Source of the DNA: an uncultured Candidatus Saccharibacteria bacterium
Lineage (GTDB): Bacteria > Patescibacteriota > Minisyncoccia > Phycocordibacterales > UBA9973
Reading direction: 5' to 3'
Assembly (NCBI GenBank): GCA_964563615.1
Contig: CAZLWF010000004.1
Location: 1,800-65,799, forward strand
Length of the DNA stretch: 64,000 bases
Position 1 is the first letter of the stretch, and every line of letters begins with the position of its first letter. This document shows positions 1 through 8,518 of the stretch, in pieces. Below the pieces are notes generated by a model. That model was given only the letters and a program-made list of their open reading frames with translations. It was not told the DNA's origin and did no database searches. Both the position numbers and the translations under genes were made by a program.

Positions 1-348
1 TCTACATGTAAGATCAATTACTCTTGATACTTTGCCAATATTTTCAATAAATTTAGTAAACCAGTTAAGGTTATCCTGGAAACCAATTGGTGAACGAGGA
101 TCTGCAACTAATAGATCTACATTTTTTTGTTGTAGACAATATTGCAATAAATATCGATTGATTCTTTGAACAAGCCCTTTATAAAGATCGCTGCCGGGTT
201 TTACTAAACCTCTATTTCCACCCTCCGTGATAAGCAACGTTTTTTCATTATTTATTAGTGGAATTATATGTTTTTTAAATTGAAAATAACAAAAATCATC
301 CATAGCATTCATAGACTCACCATGCATTATTCCGCAAATTATTTTCAT
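1..348 (-). CDS. hypothetical protein (5' part only; runs off window start)
   Basis: Hand-read open frame from ATG at 348 (MKIICGIMHGESMNAMDDFCYFQFKK...) with no stop down to base 1. Divergent from lexA. No family recognised. Absent from the supplied ORF track. Confidence 0.4.
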   Translation of the reverse strand, partial: MKIICGIMHGESMNAMDDFCYFQFKKHIIPLINNEKTLLITEGGNRGLVKPGSDLYKGLVQRINRYLLQYCLQQKNVDLLVADPRSPIGFQDNLNWFTKFIENIGKVSRVIDLTCR

Positions 349-455
349 GTTTTACAATTTACTCCTACCTTACCCCTCCTACTTTAAAAGTCAAATGCTT
401 CTGAAAATATTAATTCAGGTCTGAAAGGGATTTTCGGTATATGATGTTATCCACA

Positions 456-484
456 TTGACGGTAAACGTTCGTTCACCTATAGT
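456..484 (+). promoter_or_regulatory. putative lexA promoter (-35 TTGACG, 17-nt spacer, -10 TATAGT)
   Basis: TTGACG at 456-461 and TATAGT at 479-484. Only 6 nt separate the -10 from ATG 491, and there is no SD, which suggests a leaderless transcript. Confidence 0.5.
464..475. promoter_or_regulatory. putative LexA (SOS/Cheo-type) operator
   Basis: AAACGTTCGTTC matches AAAC-N4-GTTC, which is 7/8 to the Gram-positive core GAAC-N4-GTTC. It lies inside the lexA promoter spacer. Confidence 0.4.
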
Positions 485-490
485 TAAGTA

Positions 491-1051
491 ATGCAACCAG
501 AAGAGAAAATCCAAGATTTCTATAGAACCAAGAAGCGCATGCCTTCCTATGCTGAGATAGCAAATTTATTCGGTTTCCAGTCCAAGAATGCGGCGTATAA
601 GCTTGTGCGTAACCTAATCGATAAACGTATTCTTGCCAAAGATAAACAAGGCAAACTCATACCTCTTGCATTAGAGTCGCCTATACGGCTCTTGGGGCTT
701 GTAGAAGCAGGATTCCCGACGCCAGCCGAAGAAACGCTTATTGATACGATTTCACTCGATGAATTCCTTATTGAGAATAGGGAAGCGACATTTATGCTTC
801 GGGTCAAAGGTGACTCTATGTATGACGCTGGTATTAGAGAAGGCGATATGGTTCTGGTTGAACGGACGACAACAGCTAAAACTGGTGCGATCGTGATTGC
901 CGAAGTTGATGGTGCGTGGACAATGAAATATTTGCGCAAGCAAGGTATGTACTTCTACCTCGAACCAGCGAACAAAAAGTACAAACCAATTTTCCCGAAA
1001 GAATCTCTCAAGATCGCAGCAGTGGTTAAGGCAATTATAAGAAAGTATTAA
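491..1051 (+). CDS. lexA: LexA repressor (S24 peptidase)
   Basis: N-terminal wHTH, Ala-Gly cleavage site (VEAGFP), catalytic GDSM Ser and a downstream Lys (WTMKYL). Lies immediately upstream of a Y-family polymerase. Confidence 0.85.
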   Translation: MQPEEKIQDFYRTKKRMPSYAEIANLFGFQSKNAAYKLVRNLIDKRILAKDKQGKLIPLALESPIRLLGLVEAGFPTPAEETLIDTISLDEFLIENREATFMLRVKGDSMYDAGIREGDMVLVERTTTAKTGAIVIAEVDGAWTMKYLRKQGMYFYLEPANKKYKPIFPKESLKIAAVVKAIIRKY

Positions 1052-1071
1052 GTAGTAAGTAGTAAGTAAAA

Positions 1072-2367
1072 ATGCAAACTTTAAAACCTGCAACCTATAA
1101 CCTATCAGCTACCACCTCACTTATTTTACATCTTGATGGTGATGCATTTTTTGTCGCCTGCGAAATGACACAGTTTCCCGGACTTCACGGCAAGCCAGTT
1201 GTGGTGGGTGAAGAACGAGGTATTGCGATAGCACTTAATTACGAGGCTAAAGCACTCGGCATTACCCGCGGCATGCCGATCTACAAGATTAAACGTTTCT
1301 TCAAGGAAGTTTATATCTTGCCTTCACACTTCGAGCTCTATGAGGCCTACAATCAAAAAATGCTAGCAGTGTTGCGGCGGTTTGCACTCCAAGTCGAAGA
1401 ATACAGTATTGATGAATGTTTCTGTTTGTTAGGAGAAAATCAAGCAAACGAATATGGTGGCTGGGTACCGTATGTTGCTATGATCAAACAGATATTACAG
1501 GAAGAACTCGGTATTACTTTTTCATTTGGTTTGGCTAATACCAAAGTCTTGGCTAAAGTGGCTTCCAAATATCAAAAGCCAGATGGACTGACTTATATTG
1601 CACCTCAACAAGAAATTAAGTATTTGCAAAACATACCAATCGACAAAGTCTGGGGTATTGGCTATCGCACAGCGCCAAAACTTTTAGAGCGGGGGATTAA
1701 GACAGCGTTCGATTTTGCCAAACTACCGCAGTCATATATCGAACAACATTTTTCGGCTCCATTCCAAGAGTTGTGGCATGAACTAGGTGGTACGAGAATA
1801 TATGATGTGCATGGGGATTTAGATGAATTACCCAAGTCTCTTCAGGCGACGAGAACGTTTACGCCGGCTTCAGGGGATTCATCACGTGTCTATGGTGAAC
1901 TATCAAAAAATATTGAGACTGCTTGCACGCGCTTGCGCCGGTTCCATCTGGCAACCAGTCGAGTGTCTGTATATGTGAAGACGAGTGAATTCAGGTATCG
2001 CAGTGTTGAGATCGAGTTACCCAACCCAACTGTTGATCCATCAACGATTTTGGGCGAAGTAGACAAAATATTCACAAGCTTGCTCCGGAAGAATGAACGC
2101 TATAGAGCAACTGGCATTACACTTTTCTCTCTGGTGCCAGAAAGAGAAGTGCAGCAAGACCTGTTTGGTAGACATGAACTACAAAGAGATAAATCTCTGT
2201 TATTGCATTCAATCGATGAATTACGTAAGCGCTATAGCACCAATGTTATTTTCTTGGCATCGAGTCTCTCAGTAATCAAAGCAAATAAAGAAAAAAGCAC
2301 TATTCGACGCCTGACTGATCCATTTGTTTTTGGATTACCATTTCCGTACTTAGGAGAAGTACTGTAA
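1072..2367 (+). CDS. Y-family (translesion) DNA polymerase, UmuC/DinB-like
   Basis: N-terminus LHLDGDAFFVACE...GKPVVV...AKALGITRGMP is typical of IMS/UmuC-family polymerases. Operonic with lexA. Confidence 0.85.
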   Translation: MQTLKPATYNLSATTSLILHLDGDAFFVACEMTQFPGLHGKPVVVGEERGIAIALNYEAKALGITRGMPIYKIKRFFKEVYILPSHFELYEAYNQKMLAVLRRFALQVEEYSIDECFCLLGENQANEYGGWVPYVAMIKQILQEELGITFSFGLANTKVLAKVASKYQKPDGLTYIAPQQEIKYLQNIPIDKVWGIGYRTAPKLLERGIKTAFDFAKLPQSYIEQHFSAPFQELWHELGGTRIYDVHGDLDELPKSLQATRTFTPASGDSSRVYGELSKNIETACTRLRRFHLATSRVSVYVKTSEFRYRSVEIELPNPTVDPSTILGEVDKIFTSLLRKNERYRATGITLFSLVPEREVQQDLFGRHELQRDKSLLLHSIDELRKRYSTNVIFLASSLSVIKANKEKSTIRRLTDPFVFGLPFPYLGEVL

Positions 2368-2374
2368 CGATATG

Positions 2375-2383
2375 TGGTATACT
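2375..2383 (+). promoter_or_regulatory. extended -10 promoter element TGgTATACT
   Basis: Same motif as at fba, tkt and gap. Followed after 7 nt by ATG 2391 (a 4-codon mini-ORF) and a 10-bp hairpin at 2402-2428, upstream of the DoxX gene. Confidence 0.45.
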
Positions 2384-2458
2384 TAAGAAAATGGTATCTC
2401 ATTAGTGCTGGTCGTGTACCAGTACTAATAAAAGCAATTATTAATTCACGTTAAGATT

Positions 2459-2842
2459 ATGATTATATTTATACTCGGAAGAATACTATTAGGAGGTTAC
2501 TTTATCTATAGCGGCATCAATCATTTTTTAGGGCATAAAGGCATGGTCGGCTATAGCAAATCAAAAGGTGTGCCAATGGCAGAGATCGCAGTACCAGCAA
2601 CAGGCATTATGCTTGTTTTTGGAGGACTCGCGATAGCACTAGGTACGTTCGTTACAATCGGCATCTGGCTTCTTATTGTATTTTTAGTGATTACTAGCTT
2701 TGCTATGCATCAATTTTGGAAAATAAAAGATCCAATGGCACAAATGCCTGAACGGATAAATTTTCTGAAAAATATGGCTCTCGTTGGTGCTCTCCTTATG
2801 CTTTTGGCAATGCCGTTGCCGTGGGTATACGCAATACTTTAA
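2459..2842 (+). CDS. DoxX-family small membrane protein
   Basis: 127 aa with about 4 TM segments. N-terminal GRILLGGYFIYSGINHF and overall pattern resemble DoxX. Confidence 0.6.
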   Translation: MIIFILGRILLGGYFIYSGINHFLGHKGMVGYSKSKGVPMAEIAVPATGIMLVFGGLAIALGTFVTIGIWLLIVFLVITSFAMHQFWKIKDPMAQMPERINFLKNMALVGALLMLLAMPLPWVYAIL

Positions 2843-2854
2843 GCTTTATAAAAT

Positions 2855-2897
2855 ACAGAAAAATCCCAGCTAACGGCTGGGATTTTTCTGTATTTTA
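2855..2897. terminator. intrinsic terminator (16-bp perfect stem)
   Basis: ACAGAAAAATCCCAGC (2855-2870) pairs with GCTGGGATTTTTCTGT (2876-2891), followed by a T-rich tail. Confidence 0.8.
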
Positions 2898-2906
2898 TGG
2901 TATAGT
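2898..2906 (+). promoter_or_regulatory. extended -10 element TGgTATAGT for dnaJ
   Basis: Lies 6 nt upstream of ATG 2913 (MAKKDYYDILGV). This argues for 2913 rather than 2907 as the start and for a leaderless mRNA. Confidence 0.45.
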
Positions 2907-2912
2907 ATGACT

Positions 2913-3992
2913 ATGGCAAAGAAAGATTACTATGACATATTAGGCGTTACCAAATCTGCTTCAAAAGACGAAATTAAAAAGGCTTTTCATAAATTAGCAC
3001 ATAAATTTCATCCTGATAAAAGCGGTGGTGACGACTCAAAATTTAAAGAAGTCAACGAAGCTTATCAAACACTTTCTGATGAGAGCAAGCGTGCTCAGTA
3101 TGACCAATTTGGCCAAGCGTATGAAGGGCAAGGCAGTGGCTTCGGTGGACAATCTGGAGGATACGGTTTTTCTGGTTTCCAAAATGCACAGGGTTTTGAC
3201 ATGGGAGATCTCAACGATATATTCTCAGAATTTTTTGGTGGCGGCATGGGGGGCGGTAGAAATCAAGTTAGACGAGGCAGAGATATTTCTACAGAAATCA
3301 CTATTTCATTTAAAGAAAGTATTTTTGGCATAGAACGAAAAGTGCTTATTACAAAAGTAAGTACCTGTAGTACATGTTCAGGTAGTGGTGCAAAGCCAGG
3401 TAGTAGTATGGATACCTGTAAACATTGTAATGGTAAAGGTAGTATTCATGAAGCGAGGCGGTCAATATTTGGTACTGTCAGCGCATCTCGAACATGCGAT
3501 ACGTGTGGCGGTAGTGGCAAAGTACCAAAAGAAAAATGCGTGACCTGTAAAGGTGTTGGGGTACTCCGAAAAGAAGAGGAGATCTCGATTAAGATTCCTG
3601 CAGGCATACAAAATGGCGAAATGATTAGGCTTACTGGTATGGGGGAGGCAATACCGCATGGTACATCTGGAGATTTATATATTAAAATCAATATACTAGC
3701 GCACCAATTGTTCAAGCGTGATGGGCATAACTTGCATATGGATTTATCAGTCAAATTAACTGATGCACTTTTGGGTAAAGATGAACATATAGAAACATTG
3801 GACGGTGCATTAACTGTGAAAATTCCAGCTGGTATTGCTCCAGGAGAAATTCTTCGTGTCAAAGAGAAAGGCGTTCCAACCTTGCGTGGGCGTCGCGGAG
3901 ACTTGCTTATAAAAATAAATATTAAATTCCCGACAAAGCTATCCAAGAAATCACTCGAAGCTGTGGAGACATTAAAAAATGAAGGGATCTAA
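2913..3992 (+). CDS. dnaJ: molecular chaperone DnaJ
   Basis: J domain with HPD, G/F-rich linker, four CxxCxGxG zinc-finger repeats and a C-terminal domain. The ORF track start at 2907 is 2 codons upstream. Confidence 0.9.
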   Translation: MAKKDYYDILGVTKSASKDEIKKAFHKLAHKFHPDKSGGDDSKFKEVNEAYQTLSDESKRAQYDQFGQAYEGQGSGFGGQSGGYGFSGFQNAQGFDMGDLNDIFSEFFGGGMGGGRNQVRRGRDISTEITISFKESIFGIERKVLITKVSTCSTCSGSGAKPGSSMDTCKHCNGKGSIHEARRSIFGTVSASRTCDTCGGSGKVPKEKCVTCKGVGVLRKEEEISIKIPAGIQNGEMIRLTGMGEAIPHGTSGDLYIKINILAHQLFKRDGHNLHMDLSVKLTDALLGKDEHIETLDGALTVKIPAGIAPGEILRVKEKGVPTLRGRRGDLLIKINIKFPTKLSKKSLEAVETLKNEGI

Positions 3993-4011
3993 TACTGTAA
4001 TCTCACAATAT

Positions 4012-4040
4012 AAAAATCCGGCCAAATTGGCCGGATTTTT
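4012..4040. terminator. bidirectional intrinsic terminator (dnaJ / cysS convergent)
   Basis: AAAAATCCGGCC...GGCCGGATTTTT is a palindromic hairpin flanked by A and T tracts. Confidence 0.8.
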
Positions 4041-4047
4041 ATATTGT

Positions 4048-5454
4048 TTAAATCTTTTTTAGTTGTTGCCCAGAATCTGTATCTACTATTTCGTAACCTT
4101 GTGATGCAATCTCTTGTCGTAGAGTATCAGCTAGACTCCAATTTTTTTCCAAACGTGCTTGGGCTCGCTTGCTTGCAAGTACTGTTATTGCTTCAGGAAT
4201 TATTTCTTCTGATACATCTGCAAGGTTGAAACCTAGTACGGTATCAAACATAAGTAGCGTTGCACGCTTGTCGGCATTTGGTACCTCTGTATCCTTAAGC
4301 ATTTCCCATACAACTGCTAAAGCTTGCGGCATATGTAAATCATTATTAATTGCTGTTTGAAATTTGGTCATATATGACTGATTCACTATGTCACTATCTG
4401 TACCAAGTGATCGGAAATGTTCGAGTAACTTTGCGTAGCTTCTTGAAGCGCCATCGAGTGCTTCCCAGGTAAAGTTTAGTGGTGATCTATAGTGGGCAGT
4501 TAAATAAAAATATCTGAGTGCAAGTGGTGAAAATCCGTGTGATTCAATATCGTGCAATGAATATGCATTGCCTAGGCTTTTGCCCATTTTTCCGCCGTCA
4601 ACTTGTAAAAATGCTCCATGCATCCAATATGCAACAAAAGGCACAAGACCAGTTGCTCCCTGGGATTGGGCAATTTCGTTTGGGTGGTGCGTACTTTTCA
4701 AATCTTCGCCGCCTACGTGTATGGCAAATTGAGCACCTAAATATTTCATACTCATTGCAGAACATTCTATATGCCAACCAGGGAAGCCGACGCCCCATGG
4801 ACTTGGCCATTCCATATGTCGTTTTTGTTCTCCTTCATTTACAGACGAGAACTTCCAAAGTGCAAAGTCTCGCGGATTCTTTTTCTCATGATTAATTTCT
4901 ACCCGCACTCCTTCTTTTATTAATTGTAAATTTGAAAGTTCACCATAGGTAAAACCAGCATTTTCATAAGATACTGTGTCAAAATATATACCATCACTTA
5001 TTTGATATGCGAAACCTCGGGCAAATAATTGTTCTACGAGCAAAATTTGTTCTGGGATATGATCAGTTGCTTTGGCAAAAAGCTTAGGCTGTGTCAAATT
5101 AAGTTTTTTGTATCCTTGAAGAAAGTCATCAGTATAAAATGTAGCAATTTCCCAGGCACTTTTGCCTTCACGACGGCTAGCTTTTTCAAGTCGGTCTTCA
5201 CCAGTGTCCGCATCACCTAGGTTATCACCAGTTAAATGTCCAACATCAGTTATGTTCATGACGTATGTTGGCTTGTAACCATTTAGTCCAAGTGTGCGTA
5301 TAAGTAAGTCGCCGAGTGTATAGGTTCGCCAATTCCCAATCGTCACGTAGTCGTAGACAGTGGGTCCGCAGGTATATACGCCGATAGTATTTGGAATATG
5401 AGGCTTGAAAACCTCTTCTTTTTTATTGAGTGAGTTATAGATACGTAAGTCCAT
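4048..5454 (-). CDS. cysS: cysteine--tRNA ligase
   Basis: 468 aa class I aaRS with a HIGH-region equivalent, KMGKSLGN (KMSKS) and the Cys-binding WPSPWGVGFPGWHIEC motif. Confidence 0.92.
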   Translation of the reverse strand: MDLRIYNSLNKKEEVFKPHIPNTIGVYTCGPTVYDYVTIGNWRTYTLGDLLIRTLGLNGYKPTYVMNITDVGHLTGDNLGDADTGEDRLEKASRREGKSAWEIATFYTDDFLQGYKKLNLTQPKLFAKATDHIPEQILLVEQLFARGFAYQISDGIYFDTVSYENAGFTYGELSNLQLIKEGVRVEINHEKKNPRDFALWKFSSVNEGEQKRHMEWPSPWGVGFPGWHIECSAMSMKYLGAQFAIHVGGEDLKSTHHPNEIAQSQGATGLVPFVAYWMHGAFLQVDGGKMGKSLGNAYSLHDIESHGFSPLALRYFYLTAHYRSPLNFTWEALDGASRSYAKLLEHFRSLGTDSDIVNQSYMTKFQTAINNDLHMPQALAVVWEMLKDTEVPNADKRATLLMFDTVLGFNLADVSEEIIPEAITVLASKRAQARLEKNWSLADTLRQEIASQGYEIVDTDSGQQLKKI

Positions 5455-6172
5455 AATATCTGATTAGGATAGCAAAAATAATGATAAAAGCTAGCAGGAG
5501 AATACTAAGCTTAAATGTATGACGCAAGCGCTTGTTCTCTTTGGCTTGTTCTTTTGCATATGCTTTGTGCCACTCTATATACTTGAATTTGATTTCTTTA
5601 ATTGTAAATAGGTGAGATTGAGTTTGTAGTATAAGCTCATTAAGTTTGATTGGGTGCGGCAGTAGGACATGTTCTGTACTCTCTATTGCTTTAAGTAGTA
5701 ATGTGTAAAGCTCTTTCAATTGAATTTCTGCAATCTGTACTTGCTCTTCAAATTGGCCTAAGGATTTAAAATCTCGCTGTTGAATTTTTGTGCCAATAGC
5801 ATCTACCTTGGCCTGTAGAAATAGAAGCAATAATTTTGCTGGAAGGAGGGTATCAGTATGACTATTTTCAAGCGGCGAATCAATTGAAAATATATTTCGA
5901 AATGGATGTTCAATAGATAGTGGGTGCATATGATAGGTATACAAACCATTTTTTGTCAGGAGTACATTAATAGGCTGGATTGTTTCTAGGCCTGCATATT
6001 CATGCATTTGTAAAAACAAAAAATCTGGATGGGCAATAAATGGCTCGTCTTGCTGTGTCACAAAAAAAGTTTTAGGCAGCAAATGCTCTTCCTCACACGC
6101 TATAAGTTCTGCAACTGCAGGAGATTCGATATCAATCCAAAAGACATTTTTAAAGGCATGTTTTGCAATCAT
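5435..6172 (-). CDS. hypothetical protein with single C-terminal TM helix
   Basis: Start moved to ATG 6172 (MIAKHAF), 5 nt after the upstream stop. Overlaps the cysS start by 20 nt. No GMN or other diagnostic motif. Confidence 0.5.
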   Translation of the reverse strand: MIAKHAFKNVFWIDIESPAVAELIACEEEHLLPKTFFVTQQDEPFIAHPDFLFLQMHEYAGLETIQPINVLLTKNGLYTYHMHPLSIEHPFRNIFSIDSPLENSHTDTLLPAKLLLLFLQAKVDAIGTKIQQRDFKSLGQFEEQVQIAEIQLKELYTLLLKAIESTEHVLLPHPIKLNELILQTQSHLFTIKEIKFKYIEWHKAYAKEQAKENKRLRHTFKLSILLLAFIIIFAILIRYYGLTYL

Positions 6173-6177
6173 GATAA

Positions 6178-7452
6178 TTAGAAAATAAAGATAAGAGTTG
6201 CAATAGCAGATATGGTCATAAGGAATGCAATAATCCAACTGAGTGTGAGGATGAATGGGTGACTTTTCCAGTTGCCCATTATATTTTTATCACTAGCGAT
6301 TCGAATAATGCAAAACAGGACTACAGGCGCAACCAGGCCATTGAGTATGGCTGCATATAACAGCATTTTAATAGGGCTTATATTGAGCAACAGCAATAAT
6401 AATCCTGTAACAATACTTAGGGTAATTATGGCGTAGAAAGCGTGTGCTTCACTCCACTTTTTTGACAAGCCCTCATTCCAGTTGAATGTCTCCGAAAATG
6501 CATAGGACGTGGAGCCTGCAAGTATTGGCAATGCCAAAAGTCCAGTGCCGACAATACCTAAGGTAAATAGTAAGTACGCAAATGGTCCAGCAAATGGCGC
6601 AAGTGCCATTGCAGCATCAGTTGCAGTGTTTATGTTCGTTATGCCATGTGTATGTAATGTAGCCGAACATACGACGATAATAAAAAACATGACTATATTT
6701 GATATTGCCATACCAACAAATGTGTCGACGTGCATGTTTCGAAGTGATGCTTTGATAGTATCTAGTGTACTCTGGGGAGTTATCTCTAATTTTTCCTCTA
6801 CTTCCTGTGATGTTTGCCAAAAAAATAAATATGGTGAAATGGTTGTCCCCAAAAGGGCTGTTAAAAGTAAAATATTATCCTTGGTAAATGCAATATGGGG
6901 AACAACTAAAGAATGCAGTATTTCTTTCCATGGAAGATCGAGTGAGAACGCAACGATAATATAAAAGAAAAGCACAAAGGTGAGCCATTTGAGGTATTTA
7001 GTATATTTTTTGTAGGGAATAAAAATTTGTAAATTTAAAGAAAGTAATGCAAAAAAAATAATAAAAATTGCAGGTGGTACGCTCGGTAGTAATAGTGATG
7101 AAGCACTCGCCATTGCTCCCAAATCCGCTCCAATATTAAAAGTGTTGGTTATGAATAGTAAACTTATACAAATATATACAAGAGGCTTTGGTATAACCTG
7201 GCGCATGTTGGTAGCCAATCCTTTGCCAGTCACAATCCCAATTCTTGCGCACATTGTCTGTACAATTACCATGAACGGCAGAGTAAAGAAGGATACCCAT
7301 AAAAATTGATAGCCACCTTGCGCGCCTGCCTGGGAATAAGTTGCAATGCCTGATGGATCATCATCGGCGGCACCCGTGACGATGCCTGGACCCAAGGCTT
7401 TGTAGTATGTAGTAATGCTTGAGTCTTCTTTATTATGCTTAGATTGTTCCAT
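6178..7452 (-). CDS. NRAMP-family divalent metal transporter
   Basis: 424 aa polytopic membrane protein with N-terminal GPGIVTGAADDDPSGIATYSQAGA, typical of the bacterial Nramp-related family. Confidence 0.75.
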   Translation of the reverse strand: MEQSKHNKEDSSITTYYKALGPGIVTGAADDDPSGIATYSQAGAQGGYQFLWVSFFTLPFMVIVQTMCARIGIVTGKGLATNMRQVIPKPLVYICISLLFITNTFNIGADLGAMASASSLLLPSVPPAIFIIFFALLSLNLQIFIPYKKYTKYLKWLTFVLFFYIIVAFSLDLPWKEILHSLVVPHIAFTKDNILLLTALLGTTISPYLFFWQTSQEVEEKLEITPQSTLDTIKASLRNMHVDTFVGMAISNIVMFFIIVVCSATLHTHGITNINTATDAAMALAPFAGPFAYLLFTLGIVGTGLLALPILAGSTSYAFSETFNWNEGLSKKWSEAHAFYAIITLSIVTGLLLLLLNISPIKMLLYAAILNGLVAPVVLFCIIRIASDKNIMGNWKSHPFILTLSWIIAFLMTISAIATLIFIF

Positions 7453-7496
7453 TGGATGAAGTATATCTTACCAATAACTCTAAAACAATGACTTTA

Positions 7497-7525
7497 TTGA
7501 CTTATTTGGAGGTTTCAAGTACTAT
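7497..7525 (+). promoter_or_regulatory. putative rplU promoter (TTGACT-17-TACTAT)
   Basis: -35 at 7497-7502 and -10 at 7520-7525, with 8 nt to ATG 7534. Confidence 0.5.
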
Positions 7526-7533
7526 GGCTACAC

Positions 7534-7881
7534 ATGGCAAAGAAAGCAACAACTAAAAAAGACGGTGAATTTGCAGTTATTGCAACCGGCGGCAAACAGT
7601 ATAAAGTCACACCAGGTGACGTTATTAAAATTGAGCGTTTGCAAGGCAATCACAAATCAGGCGATATTATTTCATTCGATAAAGTCCTTCTTGTTGACAA
7701 TGGCACTGATACAACAATCGGTATGCCATATATTAAAGAAGCGAGCGTCGAAGCAGAATACATCAAAGAAGGACACTACCCAACAGTTGCCGTTGTCAAA
7801 TATAAACAAAAAAGTCGTAATATCAAGCGCAATGGCCATCGCCAACTATACGCTGAAATAAAAATTACGGCTATCAAATAA
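7534..7881 (+). CDS. rplU: 50S ribosomal protein L21
   Basis: FAVIATGGKQYKVTPGDVIKIE is a typical L21 N-terminus. 115 aa. Confidence 0.92.
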   Translation: MAKKATTKKDGEFAVIATGGKQYKVTPGDVIKIERLQGNHKSGDIISFDKVLLVDNGTDTTIGMPYIKEASVEAEYIKEGHYPTVAVVKYKQKSRNIKRNGHRQLYAEIKITAIK

Positions 7882-7906
7882 AAATCCCGAACATTCGGGA
7901 TTTTTT
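7880..7906. terminator. bidirectional intrinsic terminator (rplU / recR)
   Basis: AAAAATCCCGAA-CA-TTCGGGATTTTTT. Confidence 0.8.
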
Positions 7907-8516
7907 AATGTCTATTTTTAAATGCATTAGCCATTGTTTCTGTATCAGCATACTCGAGTTCACTACCTGTTGACAGTCCTCGTCCAAGTGAAGATAGACT
8001 AACTGTCTCAGTGCCAATATATGGTGCTAATCGTACACGCAAGTAGTGATCCGTGTGCTCACCTTGGGGAGTGAGTGATAGTGCAAGAACTATTTCCTTG
8101 AGTCCGGCCTTTATATATTCTTTGATTTTTTCTTCAAGCTCTCGAATGCGAATATATTGCTCCACATTTGTTTCGATAGCTGGGACTAATCCTCCAAGCA
8201 CAAAAATTCTGCCATGATAAATGTTGGTACGCCTAATGTTCTCATAATCACTATCTTTTGAAACTATGAGGAGTGTCGTCGTATCTATAGTAGGCTTGCT
8301 GCACATTGCACAAAGTTCTGCGTCATTATTTTCAAAATGCACGAAACAGGCTTTACATGTGTTGGTTGCTTGCTGCAATTCTCTAATCGCTTTTGCCAAA
8401 TCGTTCACATAGGTCGATGGTTGTGATAAAAGGAAATACACAAACCGCTTGGATTGACGCATTCCAATGCCAGGGAATTTTGCGAAAAGTTCAGATAATG
8501 TATCAATATGATTCAT
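7905..8516 (-). CDS. recR: recombination protein RecR
   Basis: FPGIGMRQSKRFVYFLL helix-hairpin-helix, a C4 zinc finger (CKAC...CAMC) and a Toprim region. Confidence 0.9.
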   Translation of the reverse strand: MNHIDTLSELFAKFPGIGMRQSKRFVYFLLSQPSTYVNDLAKAIRELQQATNTCKACFVHFENNDAELCAMCSKPTIDTTTLLIVSKDSDYENIRRTNIYHGRIFVLGGLVPAIETNVEQYIRIRELEEKIKEYIKAGLKEIVLALSLTPQGEHTDHYLRVRLAPYIGTETVSLSSLGRGLSTGSELEYADTETMANAFKNRH

Positions 8517-8518
8517 GT

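Noticed and set aside
5435-6172. CorA-type magnesium transporter downstream of the NRAMP gene.
   Set aside because: There is only a vague N-terminal resemblance (WIDIESP). It has a single TM helix and no GMN motif, so it is left as hypothetical.
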